Positions 42,601-55,499 of a stretch of DNA of 64,000 bases are shown one piece after another. Every line of letters starts with the position of its first letter. Positions within the stretch are counted from its first letter, which is position 1. The DNA is from Octopus sinensis (taxonomy: Eukaryota): assembly GCF_006345805.1 (NCBI RefSeq), contig NC_043012.1:19964001-20028000 (forward strand), read 5' to 3'. The notes below the pieces were generated by a model that was not told the origin of the DNA, did no database searches, and saw only the letters and a program-made list of their open reading frames with translations. The position numbers were made by a program, and so were the translations under genes.

Positions 42601-43324
42601 AGATTCCACACGAGAGTATCATTCTATAGCCACTCCTTATCACTTGCATGTGGAAATCCATACATACACGTTGAAATGCATGCTACTAAAATACATATAT
42701 GCAGTTATATATAACCGTATGAGTGTACGCTGTTTGATACGTACGCATTTATGTGTTGATGTATATGTGTGTGTACGTGTGTACGTGTGTGTATGTGTTG
42801 TGTGTTGTGCATGTTAGTGTATAAGTATGTACATGCATGTACATATGAGTATGTGTAGATATATATGTGTATTGTATATGTGTGCATGTAAAAAAAGAAT
42901 AAATCGAATAAAATAAAGCATATTTGAATTTTAACCGTTGTCCTTGAAAAGAGTGCCATATATATATATATATATATATATATTCTTTTTTTACATGCAC
43001 ACATATACAATACACATATATATCTACACATACTCATATGTACATGCATGTACATACTTATACACTAACATGCACAACACACAACACATACACACACGTA
43101 CACACACATATACATCAACACATAAATACGTACGTATCAAACAGCGTACACTCATACGGTTATATATAACTGCATATATGTATTTTAGTAGCATGCATTT
43201 CAACGTGTATGTATGGATTTCCACATGCAAGAGATAAGGAGTGGCTATAGAATGATACTCTCGTGTGGAATCTGGATGTTACCCCTTTCAAATTTTTGGT
43301 TCAGAGTGTGTTTGTATACTTGTA
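42550..43324. repeat. Long near-perfect inverted repeat (arms 42550-42900 and 42982-43324, 81-bp spacer)
   Basis: The arms are reverse complements apart from two substitutions and one 8-bp indel that I could see. Confidence 0.95.
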
Positions 43325-43325
43325 A

Positions 43326-43371
<46 letters not shown>

Positions 43372-43919
43372 CTGTAGAGATGGATAAGCGTATATGTGTA
43401 TATACTTTCAGATTATACGTATGTTTGTATGTGTAAGTGTCTATATGATTGTGTGTACTTGTATATATATATATATAGATATAAAAGATCATATGTGCAT
43501 ATATGTATCTAAGACGTTGTATACATTCACCGTTAGACGGTGGTGAGAGGAACAAACGCACGCACACACAAATATACATGTGTTTGTATATATACATGTA
43601 TATGTGTGTATATATACAACCTCCCGCATAGTAACAGTCATGTATACAACTTGAACTGACATATATCATTACATAAACATACGTTCACATGTACATACAC
43701 ATGTACTCACACAGAGACACGTCTATACACTCTCTTAAATACTCACATACAGAGGTAAGTACATACGAACATACCTACATGCGTATTGGCATGCACACAT
43801 GCATGCGCACATACATGTACACATACATACGCACATACATACCTGCATACATACATGCATGCATACATACATGCATGCATACATACGTACATACGTACAT
43901 ACATACATACATACATACA

Positions 43920-43954
<35 letters not shown>

Positions 43955-44065
43955 CATTAAATAACCGTTACTTTCTCAGACGCAGCACGGAATTTTGTCA
44001 GTGAACAGGTCGCGGTCTCAAAGCGACGAAAATATTTTGACAAATTAAATTTAAATATTGAAGTT

Positions 44066-45390
44066 TCCATGAAGAAAATAACTTGCTGAATGATACCCAG
44101 CATGGTTTTTGACAAGATAGGAGCTGCCTGACCCAGCTCTTACAAAATTATGACTGAGTGTTGAGCAGTATACCTTTATTTTGCAAAAACTTTCGACAAA
44201 GTGGATCATGGTATGATATGCCACAAACTGCGTGACCTTGGCATAGCTGGTAAACTTGGAGAGTGGTTACATGACTTCCTGAAAGATAGGAGTCAGGCAG
44301 TAGTGGCTAATGGAGCCACCTCTATGAACACACAAATAGTGAGCGGTGTTCACAGGGCACTGTCTTGGGACCACTGCTTTTTATGCCCGGATAGCCACAC
44401 TTGCCCGGATAGCCACACTTGCAAGCTATTCAGATGATACGAAAGTAGTAAATACAGAACCCCAGCGATGTTGCAGCAGGAGTTGGACTCAATTTAGAGA
44501 GGGGCTAAGGACAATAATATGCAGTTTAATGCTGGGAAATTCGACGCCCTGCGGTTCCAACATTCAAAACTGAATATGCAACTTACAGGATACACTGGTC
44601 CACAGGGAATTTCAATTCCAGAGCCTAAGTCAGTGAGCGACCTGGGTATCGACCTGAGTGGTGATACTTCTTTCCAAGTGCACATTACCAGGATGGCAAC
44701 AAAGTGCAGACGACTGGCTGGATGGATCCTAAGAACATTCAGAACAAGAGATAAGGAAACCATGGTGGTACTATGGCGGACATTCGTCCTCAGCCGCCTG
44801 GATTATTGCTCACAGCTATGGTCACCCACCAGTGTGAAATTAACAACGAACCTTGAAGTAATCCAGAGAAAATTCACAAAGAAGATCGTCTCCTTACAAC
44901 AGCTCAGCTACTGGGAAAGGTTGAAAGAGTTAAGACTCTACTCCCTGGAGAGAAGGCGGGAGAGCTATGCAGTAATATATATCCTGAATATCCTGGAAAG
45001 AATTGTGCCAAATTTTGGCATTGAAAGCTACACCAGTGCCAGAACGGGACGACACTGCATAGTGCGAAAGGTCCCAGCAATGCCATCACGCTTCAGAACC
45101 AGTTACTGCAACAGCCTTGGTTTCAAGGGCCCACAGCTTTTTAATATTCTCCAAAAGTGCCTGAGGGACGTGCACAAAGTAGATGTATGTGTTTTTAAAT
45201 CAAAGCTGGACCTCTTCCTGTCGAGAGTACTAGATGAACCTACCTCACGGCAAGAGGTGCAAATGAGGGTAGCTATATCAAACTCCATTCTTCACCAAGT
45301 GCCACATATTAGAGGAAGATCTTTGTAATAACAGTGTAGCAAAACGGCGGTGCATCAGCATGGCCGCAAATCTGAACTGAAAGTAGAGAA
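44066..45390 (+). mobile_element. 5'-truncated CR1-group LINE (RT C-terminus ORF 44519-45328 and 3' UTR)
   Basis: FDKVDHGMICHKL...ASYSDDTK...RLDYCSQLW...SYWERLKELRLYSLERRRE...FKSKLD. Confidence 0.93.
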
Positions 45391-45555
45391 AGAAAAGTGA
45401 ATCTAAGGGTTTATGTGGATCTTAAATGGCTTATAAACACCTTCCACGCTGCAATTATACACACACACACACACAAAAAGACACACATATATGTATGTAT
45501 AGCTACTATACACATTTTTTCTCTCCTTATTTCTCTCCTTGTTACTTTCTAAGTT

Positions 45556-45593
45556 CCTTTCTGTGGAAGAGCGTAGGATCGAAACGTAAAGGG
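45556..45593 (+). ncRNA. Minimal hammerhead-like motif with a variant core (A6 to U)
   Basis: CCTTT-CTGTGGA-A-GAGC gtag GATC-GAA-ACGT-A-AAGGG. Confidence 0.5.
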
Positions 45594-46533
45594 CATTTTC
45601 AATTCCCGAGCGTTATACTAATACATCTGTTTGTATTCAACACCACCTGTCTTCGTCTTTTGTGTTTTTCGTGATTTCTCCCTACATATATATTTAATAG
45701 AAATTATGATTTTTCCGGACGAGAGATTCCTGGATGACACGTCAGTTTACCTTTTCGATTTAAATGTTTGTTTCTCAGAAACAAACGTCATTTTCCAGCG
45801 TGTTTTCCCAGAAAACATACTGAATGTATTCGAAAACTGCATACTTCCTTTTATGTATTTGCTTACCACATTCCTGTTTTGAAATCGTGTGCTAAAATAG
45901 ATATTGTTGTATTTCTTAACAACGTAAGCCTGGCCAGACTAGCAAGACGTTGAAAGACACTATATTTTGTTGTCTAGTAAAGATCTTCTCAACATAATTT
46001 CTCTTCGTATGAATGATTATATAGTGCGAAATTTGTTGGGGCAAAAAAACCGTCACGAAATAGAAAATTACAAATGAACGATCAGTCACACACACACTCA
46101 TACACAAATAAAAACAGTTGCACACCATATATCTATATAAAAACAAATTAATACAGATACTTCCCCCCCACACATACACAACACATACACCCACTTACTA
46201 AACATACACACACATAGGTGTATACGCATACGCAAATAAAGACACATGCAACAGGAAAAGAAAGTACAAGATGGTTGATCATACACGTCCGTGTATATAT
46301 AATATATATATATATATATATGAATAAATATTACGGAGATGTACTTGCATAGCAAGTGATTTGATCTGAGATCGTGTGCTGAAACGAAAACAATTGCAGC
46401 GTGGAAGGTTTTGTAAGCCATTTCAGAAACACACAAAAGTCGTACGGTTCACTTCAACATTTAAGTTTAATTTGTCAACATATTTTCGTCGCTTTAAGAC
46501 CGCGACCTGTTCACTGACAAAAATCCGTGCTGC

Positions 46534-46572
<39 letters not shown>

Positions 46573-46578
<6 letters not shown>

Positions 46579-46650
46579 TTGTCTCTGGTCATCTGACCTG
46601 TTGAACGTTTCCATGCAACTTTCTTCTGGGAATTTGTGTATGAGTAGGTT

Positions 46651-46735
<85 letters not shown>

Positions 46736-46813
46736 AACCTACTCATACACAAATTCCCAGAAGAAAGTTGTATGGAAACGTTCAACAGGTCAGATGACCA
46801 GAGACAATCTGTA
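46573..46813. repeat. 241-bp palindrome centred in a (TA)n tract
   Basis: The unique arms of about 78 bp are reverse complements with one mismatch, and the symmetry includes the C/G interruptions of the TA tract. Confidence 0.95.
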
Positions 46814-46879
46814 CAACCCAACTACTACAGGATTTAAACTAAGACGTGCTGGTGGGGCCTCTGAGACAAGCTCACCTGC

Positions 46880-47550
46880 TGTGCTGAAGATACAGAAGTA
46901 GTAGGTCAATGGTTCTGATTAAATCATAGAAAAGCTAAAACACTGGAATGTACAATGCAATTGCGGTGATAAAAACATCCTGTGCAGTGCTGAGAGGTAT
47001 CAATCAATATACTATCGGCCCACAGCATTCAAGCGGAATATGCAGTAAATATGGGTAATTCAGTCTCAGAGTCAGAGTCGGTTTACGACCTCGGAATATG
47101 CATATTGTCAAGATGGTAACACTGAACAGACGAGTTACTGGCTGGATTCTACATAGTGAAGATTGACTTAGTGCAACAGATGAGTTACTAGCAGAAGCGC
47201 AATGAACTTTTCTAGAGACACAAATCCAAAGATATGCAGTGATATATATATGGAAGATCCTGGTATGTCTTGCTCTCAACTTCAGAATTGAAAGCTATAT
47301 CAATCACCGAAATTGAGGCAAATGCCTAGTAACAAAGATGACGTCTTCTCCATCTGGAATAGTGTGCCACTTCTGGAAAATCTTAGGCTTCAAGGGCCTA
47401 CACTGCTACCATATTCTACTAAACAACCCAAGTGAGGCGTCAATGTAGAGATTTGCAAAGAGGGTTTAGATAAACTCTATGTGTAATACTGGATGAGTCC
47501 ACTTCGGGGAAGGAGAAACAAAGAAGTTAGCTGCATTAACTTGCTACTTA
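46880..47550 (+). mobile_element. Degraded CR1-group LINE 3' part
   Basis: Homologous to 44560-45300 (ESVYDLGI, VTGWIL, aattgaaagctat, ggcttcaagggcc). Confidence 0.7.
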
Positions 47551-48250
47551 CCTGGAAACAATGCAGAAAAAAGAAACCAATCGCAGTAAAAAATGTTTTC
47601 CCGGCACAGTATCAGTTTTTGAATGAAACCAGTAAAACATGAAAAACATGTGTACCAAAAATTAATTGTATTTACATTATTGTAATATATCAATCTATGA
47701 ACACAAATAGATCTTTTTGAATTTCCCATACGTTTTCCGTCCAAAGTATTTCAGAGTAAATATTCGTCAAGTGATATAATAGCTTGCACAGGTTGTCTTA
47801 TTTCTGTTATAGTCTTTGTTCCGTAAAAGTTAAATAATTGTAGGTAAAAACAAACGAGTCAGAGGAAGTCAATTTTACATATATTGAAAGTATTCTGCCA
47901 GAGTAAATAAACTCAATAATATTGTTGTAATTCATCAAATCACATACTTAACATCACATTTCAATCGCATTTAAACTGTATTTCTATCTCTTAGAAGGTA
48001 ACGGTGTTGCCATGGCTCCGTATACCTACTTATTAGGAAAAAAGAACTACCAGCACAAAAAAATTACAATCATATTTTGACATCCCATCTTGTACGGACG
48101 CAAACTCTAACTATTGTATAATTTGCAACACCAAATTTGTATTTCGAGCAGACGAACATATATTTTCGAGGGAATAAATAGATCTGATAGTCTCAACGTT
48201 GATTTGTGTACTTCTTTGCAGTATATCATTTTTTTTTCTTTAATATCCAA
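47550..48250 (-). pseudogene. LRR/TLR-like pseudogene fragment, copy I
   Basis: QFKCD*NVML, EYFQYM*N*LPL and KLILCRENIFYCDWFLF (47577-47618; LRR-CT-like), ending at the CR1 relic. Confidence 0.35.
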
Positions 48251-48537
48251 TGAAATTTCCCCTACGTATTTTACCTGACTTTGCTTCTAAACATTTTTTC
48301 GCTAGATATCTTCAAGAAGATTGTTATCGTTATTGTTTTTTTTTTTTTCACAAGCATCCGATATATCTGTTTCTCATTTATATTTTTGTTTTGCATATTT
48401 CATACGTTGTGAAATCTTGTTTAAACTTCCCAAAATATATATATATATTATGCACACAAACAGCACACTTACATATCCACGCGCGCACGCACATACACAT
48501 ATATACATACACACATATACCTATAAATATATATATA

Positions 48538-48601
<64 letters not shown>

Positions 48602-49059
48602 TGTATGTATGTACATTAATACATACTTATATGCATATTGATAAATAGGAGAATGAAGAAATTGAACATTCAAACTTTCTGTTTCTTTCCAGTTAGTTTA
48701 TTCATAATAATTGTCCGACTCGTGCTTCGATCGCATTAACTACATATCTGCATGGATATTATATCCCTCCTCTTATTATGTGTATACATATATATATATA
48801 ATAATGATAATAATAATAATAATATTAATAATAATAATAATAATAATAATATAATAATAATAATAATAATAATAATGATGATAGGGAGTATAACTCCAAA
48901 CTTACAGCAAAAAATTAAATTTAGTATTATATATTGTTTATTCGCTTTTTGTAATTTTTGTGATCTAGTTACATATTTTATAATATATTTTATTTTTTCT
49001 TTATGATTTGGTTTATGTCTACCTTTGTTTGAATTACATAATCGTGGTTTTTCTCTAAT

Positions 49060-49094
<35 letters not shown>

Positions 49095-49196
49095 CATATA
49101 TAGCATATATATATATTCATATATAGCATATATATATATATATATATATAATATATATATATATATTATATATATATATATATATATACTTATATA

Positions 49197-49250
<54 letters not shown>

Positions 49251-50279
49251 CAGGAAATGGAGAATGTGTTGATCAATGTGTCGATTATTACTCTTTTTTA
49301 ATACAAAATTTATTTTTATCCCTTACGCTCTTCAACAGAAAGGAACACGTTGAAATAAACAGAGAGTAAAGAGAAAGAAATTAAGAAAAGAACAAGAGCT
49401 AAGCAATACTTATACATATTCACATCGTTTTGAATAGATCATTCATTATCTCTCAACTCTGAGATTTCAATGTAGTGATTGTTTCATTTTTAGAATGGCA
49501 TTATTGGATAGTTACGAAAGGCCAGATGTAGCTACTTTGAACATGTAGCTGGCAGAATATTTGGGCCGGATATGGACGGTTTTAATGCTAAAGATTTATA
49601 GGATCAGCGTTAATGTTTATGGTACCTTATTAATATCACGCGTACTTCATACTCATTTAACCTGACCACATGACATCCTTTTGTGGAGCAGAGGCGATCA
49701 AATCGAAGGAAGTTGCTGACATGTTTTATTTCGAAAACACGGTAGTAAATCATTTTCATGCTCATTGGCATCGGTCCCTAAAACGATATGAGGTTAGAAA
49801 ATCAAATATACATTTAATGAATATTAGCCTTACATATATGATTTTTAGTTTGCCTGTTTCTAAATACTTAATTAGTACTTTTGCAAAAGAAACATGAAAA
49901 ATATATAAAGTACGATGGGTTTATGAAAGTAACTCGTATTATGCTATGTGTGTGCGCGCGTGTGTGTGCCTGTGTGTGTGTTCAAACATTACAAAAATAA
50001 AAAGAAACAAAGCAATATCAGATATCTTGCAGCTCAAAATTGTAGATGTATTGCTAAATGTTTTTTTTTCTTTTTTGCCTGTTCATCAGGAAGAAGCAAC
50101 ATACGGTGTTGTCAGACATTTGTCAGATATATGCGATCATTATTTACTTTTAGAGTTTCATTTATATTTGTCTTACAGACATTAGCTTTTAAACATATTA
50201 TCCCTCTACAAATACACAGCGAATGTTGTGGTACTTAGGTAATTTCTTAAAAATTAGAGCATCTAACAGATCCTGAGAA

Positions 50280-51230
50280 TTTGTATGAATTGCCTGTACT
50301 TCGTGCGGTCTGGTGTGACAGCATCTTTAGTATAAATGAGAAAATAAGTAGCTACAAATCCATTGACACCTATCTTTCAATTGATAGAAAGAATTAAGAA
50401 AATAACTTTTAAAGTGATTCACTTAATTGAAATAGACAAATCTAATTAGAAATATTCGTTTCATATTAAGAGACAATACTCGAAGTTCCTGACAGAACAT
50501 TTGTTGGAGGCTACTCATGCCGGATGAATTTTGATGGTGTAACTGGCAATATGTCCCCAATCGTTTCAACGCACGAATTCATATAAAGAATCTCTCAATC
50601 AAAGATTTCTTGAAAAGGAGGTGTTGCCCAACTTTGATGCAGTTCTGGTCGTATCCGTGCATAGAGTATTTGCGATTAATCATAGAGGAAACATATGATA
50701 GGTGGTGATATATTTTTGTTTTAAATTGTTTTGAAGGTTTCTTATTAACTTATAGATGAAGAAAATTATACCGAAAGTGATCGATCTCAGAGGCAAATCC
50801 TTTGACATTTATTAATTAAGATGCTTCTCATTGTACGTCAGCAATGAGACAACTACTAAAAGCTAGTATTAAACACTTTACTGCAATATTTAAGAAGTCA
50901 TTATTCCGCGTGATTTGTGGAAGCTATCGACCGATATATAAGTGTGTAATTTTGAATGTAACAGTAACATTGTTTTGAATTAGTTTCATTATGTATTGAA
51001 GGCAACTGAAATCTGGCTGTTTGATGTTTTACTCTTTAATATGCATAATCATTATATATCAACATAATGACCTAAAATATTTTATATCATTTATATATCA
51101 TTTCAATTTGGATAAATGCTTCAACAATGAAATATTTGGAAAGAAGTCAGCTTGTAATCATTTCATGGATACGATGGATAAGCATTTTGTTCACCATCGT
51201 AAAGTTGCGGCTATGTTGCCAGAGTATGTA
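50280..51230 (+). pseudogene. TLR-like pseudogene, copy J (LRRs, LRR-CT and TM)
   Basis: RIKKITFKVIHLIEIDKSN, LRDN..EVPDRTFVG (50482-50508), KVIDLRGKSF (50774-50803) and the TM-like LMFYSLICIIIIYQH..LKYF. Confidence 0.5.
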
Positions 51231-51267
51231 CTAAAAACAACACAAGTACTATAATAAGAAAACCAAT

Positions 51268-51487
51268 AAGAAGGGGGAGGAGGAGGAGGAGGAGAAGAAG
51301 AAGAAGAAGTGAAGAAGAAGTGAAGAAGAAGAAGAAGTGAAGAAGAAGAAGAAGAAGAAGTGAAGAAGAAGAAGAAGAAGAAGTGAAGAAGAAGAAGAAG
51401 TGAAGAAGAAAAAGAAGAAGAAAAAGAAGAAGAAGAAGAAGAAGAAGAAGGAGAAGAAGAAGAAGAAGAAGAAGAAGAAAAAGAAGA
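51268..51487. repeat. Polypurine (GGA)n/(GAA)n tract
   Basis: About 220 bp almost entirely of purines, with a few GTGAA interruptions. Confidence 0.95.
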
Positions 51488-51489
51488 CG

Positions 51490-52080
51490 AATACCCCACA
51501 TACACAGGAACAAACTTGCGAACGTCAGACGTATCATTGTGAAAAAGAAATTACTAACTGAATTAGAGATTGACCAAATCAAACAATCGGTAAGGGATAA
51601 AAGGAACAAAATTGCAGCTAGAGAAGATTCTACGGAGGAAATAATTATAGGCCAACCCAGGTCTGATGCAATAATGATAGAAAGAGTCAATGTAACTGAG
51701 AAGCGAAGTGAAATACTCTCTGAACAAACCATAAACACTAAGGCAGATGAAGTTAAAATAGATGAAGAAAGTCACACAGAAATTGACCCAACTGAGCAAG
51801 ATGATCTAAAAATATCAAATCATGATTAAATGGCTGAAAATTAAAGAAACCAATATGAATGAACTTGATGCTGTCCCAAACATTCGCAATTCTAACCAAG
51901 ACGTGGTGAAAGTAATTGTTAAAATCCGCTTTACGCTTAAGGATATAATTTCAGCTAATGATGTTGATATTACAGATCTCAACCACCTATACTCTGCATC
52001 CGCGAAGATCTCAAAAATTCCGTTTGGTGAAAAGAGTAGAAAACAACAACATTTCCACAAAAAGCCTACTTGGCAAGAGC
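51490..52080 (+). mobile_element. R4/Dong-like ORF N-terminal fragment
   Basis: NKLANVRRIIVKKKLLTELEIDQIK...ITDLNHLYS...KKPTWQ, typical of the R4-clade N-terminal region. Confidence 0.65.
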
Positions 52081-52081
52081 A

Positions 52082-52300
52082 GTCGTCGGCATCATCGTTA
52101 TCTCACCCGGCAGCTTATCCGATGGATCCGCAACCCGGACGGAGAAAGCCCCTCTCCTTCGATTGAAATGAAATCATCGTAGATAGAGTTTTCGGAGTGA
52201 CCCAGCAGCCCACGTTCTGGAGCAGGAGTGAAGAACAGCCCGTTCGAGAGGTTACACTTTCCGCTTATGATGTTGTGAACGAGAATGAGATCACCATATA
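52082..52300 (-). mobile_element. CR1-type LINE 3' fragment
   Basis: GDLILVHNIISGKCNL...FFTPAPERGLLGHS. Confidence 0.75.
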
Positions 52301-52431
52301 TATAGATCACTATATATATATATATATATAGATTAGGAACAGATGATCGCTATACAGAAGTGCTCAACAGATTTCAACTTGAGCCTTTAGAGACGTAAAC
52401 GTAATGACAAGCAAGTTAGGTAAGACGCTTT

Positions 52432-52784
52432 ACACAGAATATTACAATACATTTTATAGAAAGTTGTACATGTGTATGGATATAAAATAGTCCGACTTAC
52501 AGAATATAAATGATATCAGGAGTTAAATGGGTAAAGATTTACGAGTGCAACGACAGCCCATCTATAAACTCCATCCTGTAACACTTCAAATGTAAAATTC
52601 TCCCCTGAAGATGGAGGCAGTATTATCCGATGATGGATCCAAGTGACTATCATTATTCTGGACGACCATGACCCGAGAAAATCTAAACAGTTAACTCTTG
52701 ATATCATTTATATTTTGTAAGTCGGACTATTTTATATCCATATATATCTATACTTTTCTATTAAATGTATTTAATATTCTGTGT
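52432..52784. mobile_element. MITE-like element with inverted arms of about 97 bp (52432-52529 and 52688-52784)
   Basis: ggatataaaatagtccgacttaca.aatataaatgatatca and its reverse complement. Confidence 0.8.
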
Positions 52785-52819
52785 TCAAAGACTTGCGTAA
52801 CTTGCTTGACATTACATTT

Positions 52820-53810
52820 ACTCCTATTATAACTTCATCCTGACCCTCAATTCGACATCTCCTCACATCTTCGTCTGGCAGAACCTATTCTCTCTCTCTC
52901 AACCGCTTCTCATTCTCGAGCGAGATTTACCAACAGTTCTCGGGAGCGGCTATGGGAACGAGAATGGGCCCCAAGTATGCGAACCTCTTTGATGGCTACC
53001 TTGAGATCCAAATATTTTCACAATTCCCTTGTCTCACTTCCAAACTGTACGGTCGTTATATCGTGACTGTATCGTTGCAACTTCACTGTGTCGCGAACAA
53101 CTGGACTCCTTCCACTTCCTTGTCCAATAGTACCATCCTGTCCTCGAATTTTCCTGCACTAACTCTCTAACTCTTCCGTGGAATTTCTTGACATTTCTGC
53201 CACTCACCACTCAGCTCTCGGTACGTCCATCCACTACAAACATACTAACACATCTACCTTAATTTCTCTTCCTCCCACCATAACCACACCAAGCTCTCCA
53301 TCCATATTCCCAAACCCTCCGTCTACACAGGCTCAGCAGATACGACCATGACTTTGAGACTCAGATTCAACTCATGACTGACCATTTCATCGTACATGGA
53401 TATCGCTTCACCATTAATCTCACTGCCTTTTCCCGCGCACGATATGTAGCCCGTGTCTCTGCTCTTCCTCCTCGCACCTGCCCCGCCCTTACCCGTCTCC
53501 CGTTTTCCCGCATCTATCATCTTTCCAACCTATACTTCCAATACACTATTTTCCGATCCTTCCTGCGACTCCAGTCCGACCCCTCCACCTCGTACACCTT
53601 CCTAACCTAGCCTTTCCCTCTTTCAAATGAACCATTCACCTGCTTGGTCTCCTGGTCACAGTTTCTTCCATGCACCTGCCCCACGGACTGGCGCCTTTCC
53701 CTGCTCCCATCCACGCTGTCGCACCTGACCATACCTCTTCCACACCAGCATCACCATCCCTATTAAATAAACGACTCCTTTACCTGCACCTCTAGTAATA
53801 TTATGTACGA
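52820..53810 (+). mobile_element. Penelope-like RT relic
   Basis: MGTRMGPKYANLF...LYGRYI, EFLDIS, SVHYK, LSIPY and FPCSHPRCRT. Confidence 0.85.
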
Positions 53811-54289
53811 CATCTAACTCTCAATTTTTTAGTTACGTATGTTGTATGTTGATTGCAAGTGTAATTTGTCTGTTGCTATATCGATTGTTTTAGTTTTCCT
53901 GCTAACTGTTGGTAATGACACGTTACTTTACGCATGTACTATCACGTTGAGCGAACCGGCGAGAAATTCTAACGAAAAGCTACTTTAATCAATTAATTGT
54001 GGAGGCACATTTCATAAGTTGGATGTAAGACAATGGTTGCACAAAATCTCACCAATGTACTAAATGTGTAACAACGTGTCAAAACAATTGTAGCGTTTTA
54101 AAACGAAGAATGTAGTTTATTATTCCACCATCTGTCATTTCCATATCTCCTCTCTCTCTCGCTCTCTTTCTCTCTGTATATACATACGTAGATACATACA
54201 TACAGACATACAGGCATATATATATATATACATACATGTACATATATATATGTATACATACATATATAGATAGATATATATATACACAC

Positions 54290-54365
<76 letters not shown>

Positions 54366-55499
54366 CATATATATATATCATTGTGTGTGTGTATTTGTGT
54401 GTGAACTGTCACTCGCATATCTACGTATGTACATACGTAGATACGTTTTTTTTTTGTCCTAGTATGAAATATTTTCCTTTGAATTATAGTTTTAGTTTTA
54501 ATTTTATTGTGTTTTATTTTAGTTTTTGCATTTGTTTATTTTCTACATTTTATTCATTTCATTTCTTATTCTTCACATCTAATTGCTATTGTTATGCATT
54601 TAACATTTCCCAATCTCCTAATTTTTTTTTCTCAGTATTTTTCAGTTTTAACATTATTTGTTTTGAGATTCGGCATGATTCTATTGTGAGATCAATGTGA
54701 CCAACCTAATTTTATATTGTTAAACTATTCCTGCAGATATGTTTCTAATATAATACTCTATAAATACTCAATAAATACAATTACAGAAATTGTCGTAATG
54801 ACTGTCTTCAAATTTCATATTGTTTCCTTGGATTGCGCTAGCATCATAAGCACATGCTCACAGATTTATTTGCATGGATACAAACACACACATACAAACA
54901 TAACAAAAATACACGCACTCACACACGCGCAAGCCCACACACATATACATTCATTTTATTTTCTCAAAATTGTATTTTGTATTTTGTATTTTGTCGAGCC
55001 TGATGTCTACAACTCTGCTTGGTTTCTATGTATTGGAATGTTTTGCGTGAGTGTATTCGTCTTGCAATAATCTCTTTCCTCTTGGTAGAAATCACTTACT
55101 CTTAAATCGAATTTCTCCTAGAATATATTTACATGTATTTCTGTCACACGTTTAACGGAAATTTGTGTATGATTTTGTTTATAACCCAACAAAGTATTTC
55201 TCAATAAATGTTTAATATGCAATGCACTGGACATATTAATCAGTGTTGTGCAGAGAAACTGAACGCTTTTCATATGGTCGGATATGTTCCAACATGTCTA
55301 ATTAGAATATCAAAACATTCACCTGTACTTATGATTATTTAATCAATTTATTTAAAGCATGAATCCTATATGAATGTCAACATTTAACCTTTACATGGTT
55401 GTTGTCAAAAAGCTAACTCAACACCGCAGACTTGCAACCTATGGATAGAAATATAGATTAAAATCTACCTATTCATTATCCCAAACTTTCATAAGCTAT

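Larger units (their letters stand above)
43982..46533. mobile_element. Non-autonomous DNA element with long TIRs (about 140 bp) carrying nested insertions
   Basis: gcagcacgga.ttttgtcagtgaacaggtcgcggtc.aaagcgacgaaaata occurs at 43982 (+) and ends at 46533 (-). The left TIR resumes at about 45396-45455 after the CR1 insertion. A diverged end lies at 60323-60410. Confidence 0.65.

Noticed and set aside
44519-45328. Longest ORF (269 aa) as a host gene
   Set aside because: It is the C-terminal part of a 5'-truncated CR1 reverse transcriptase.
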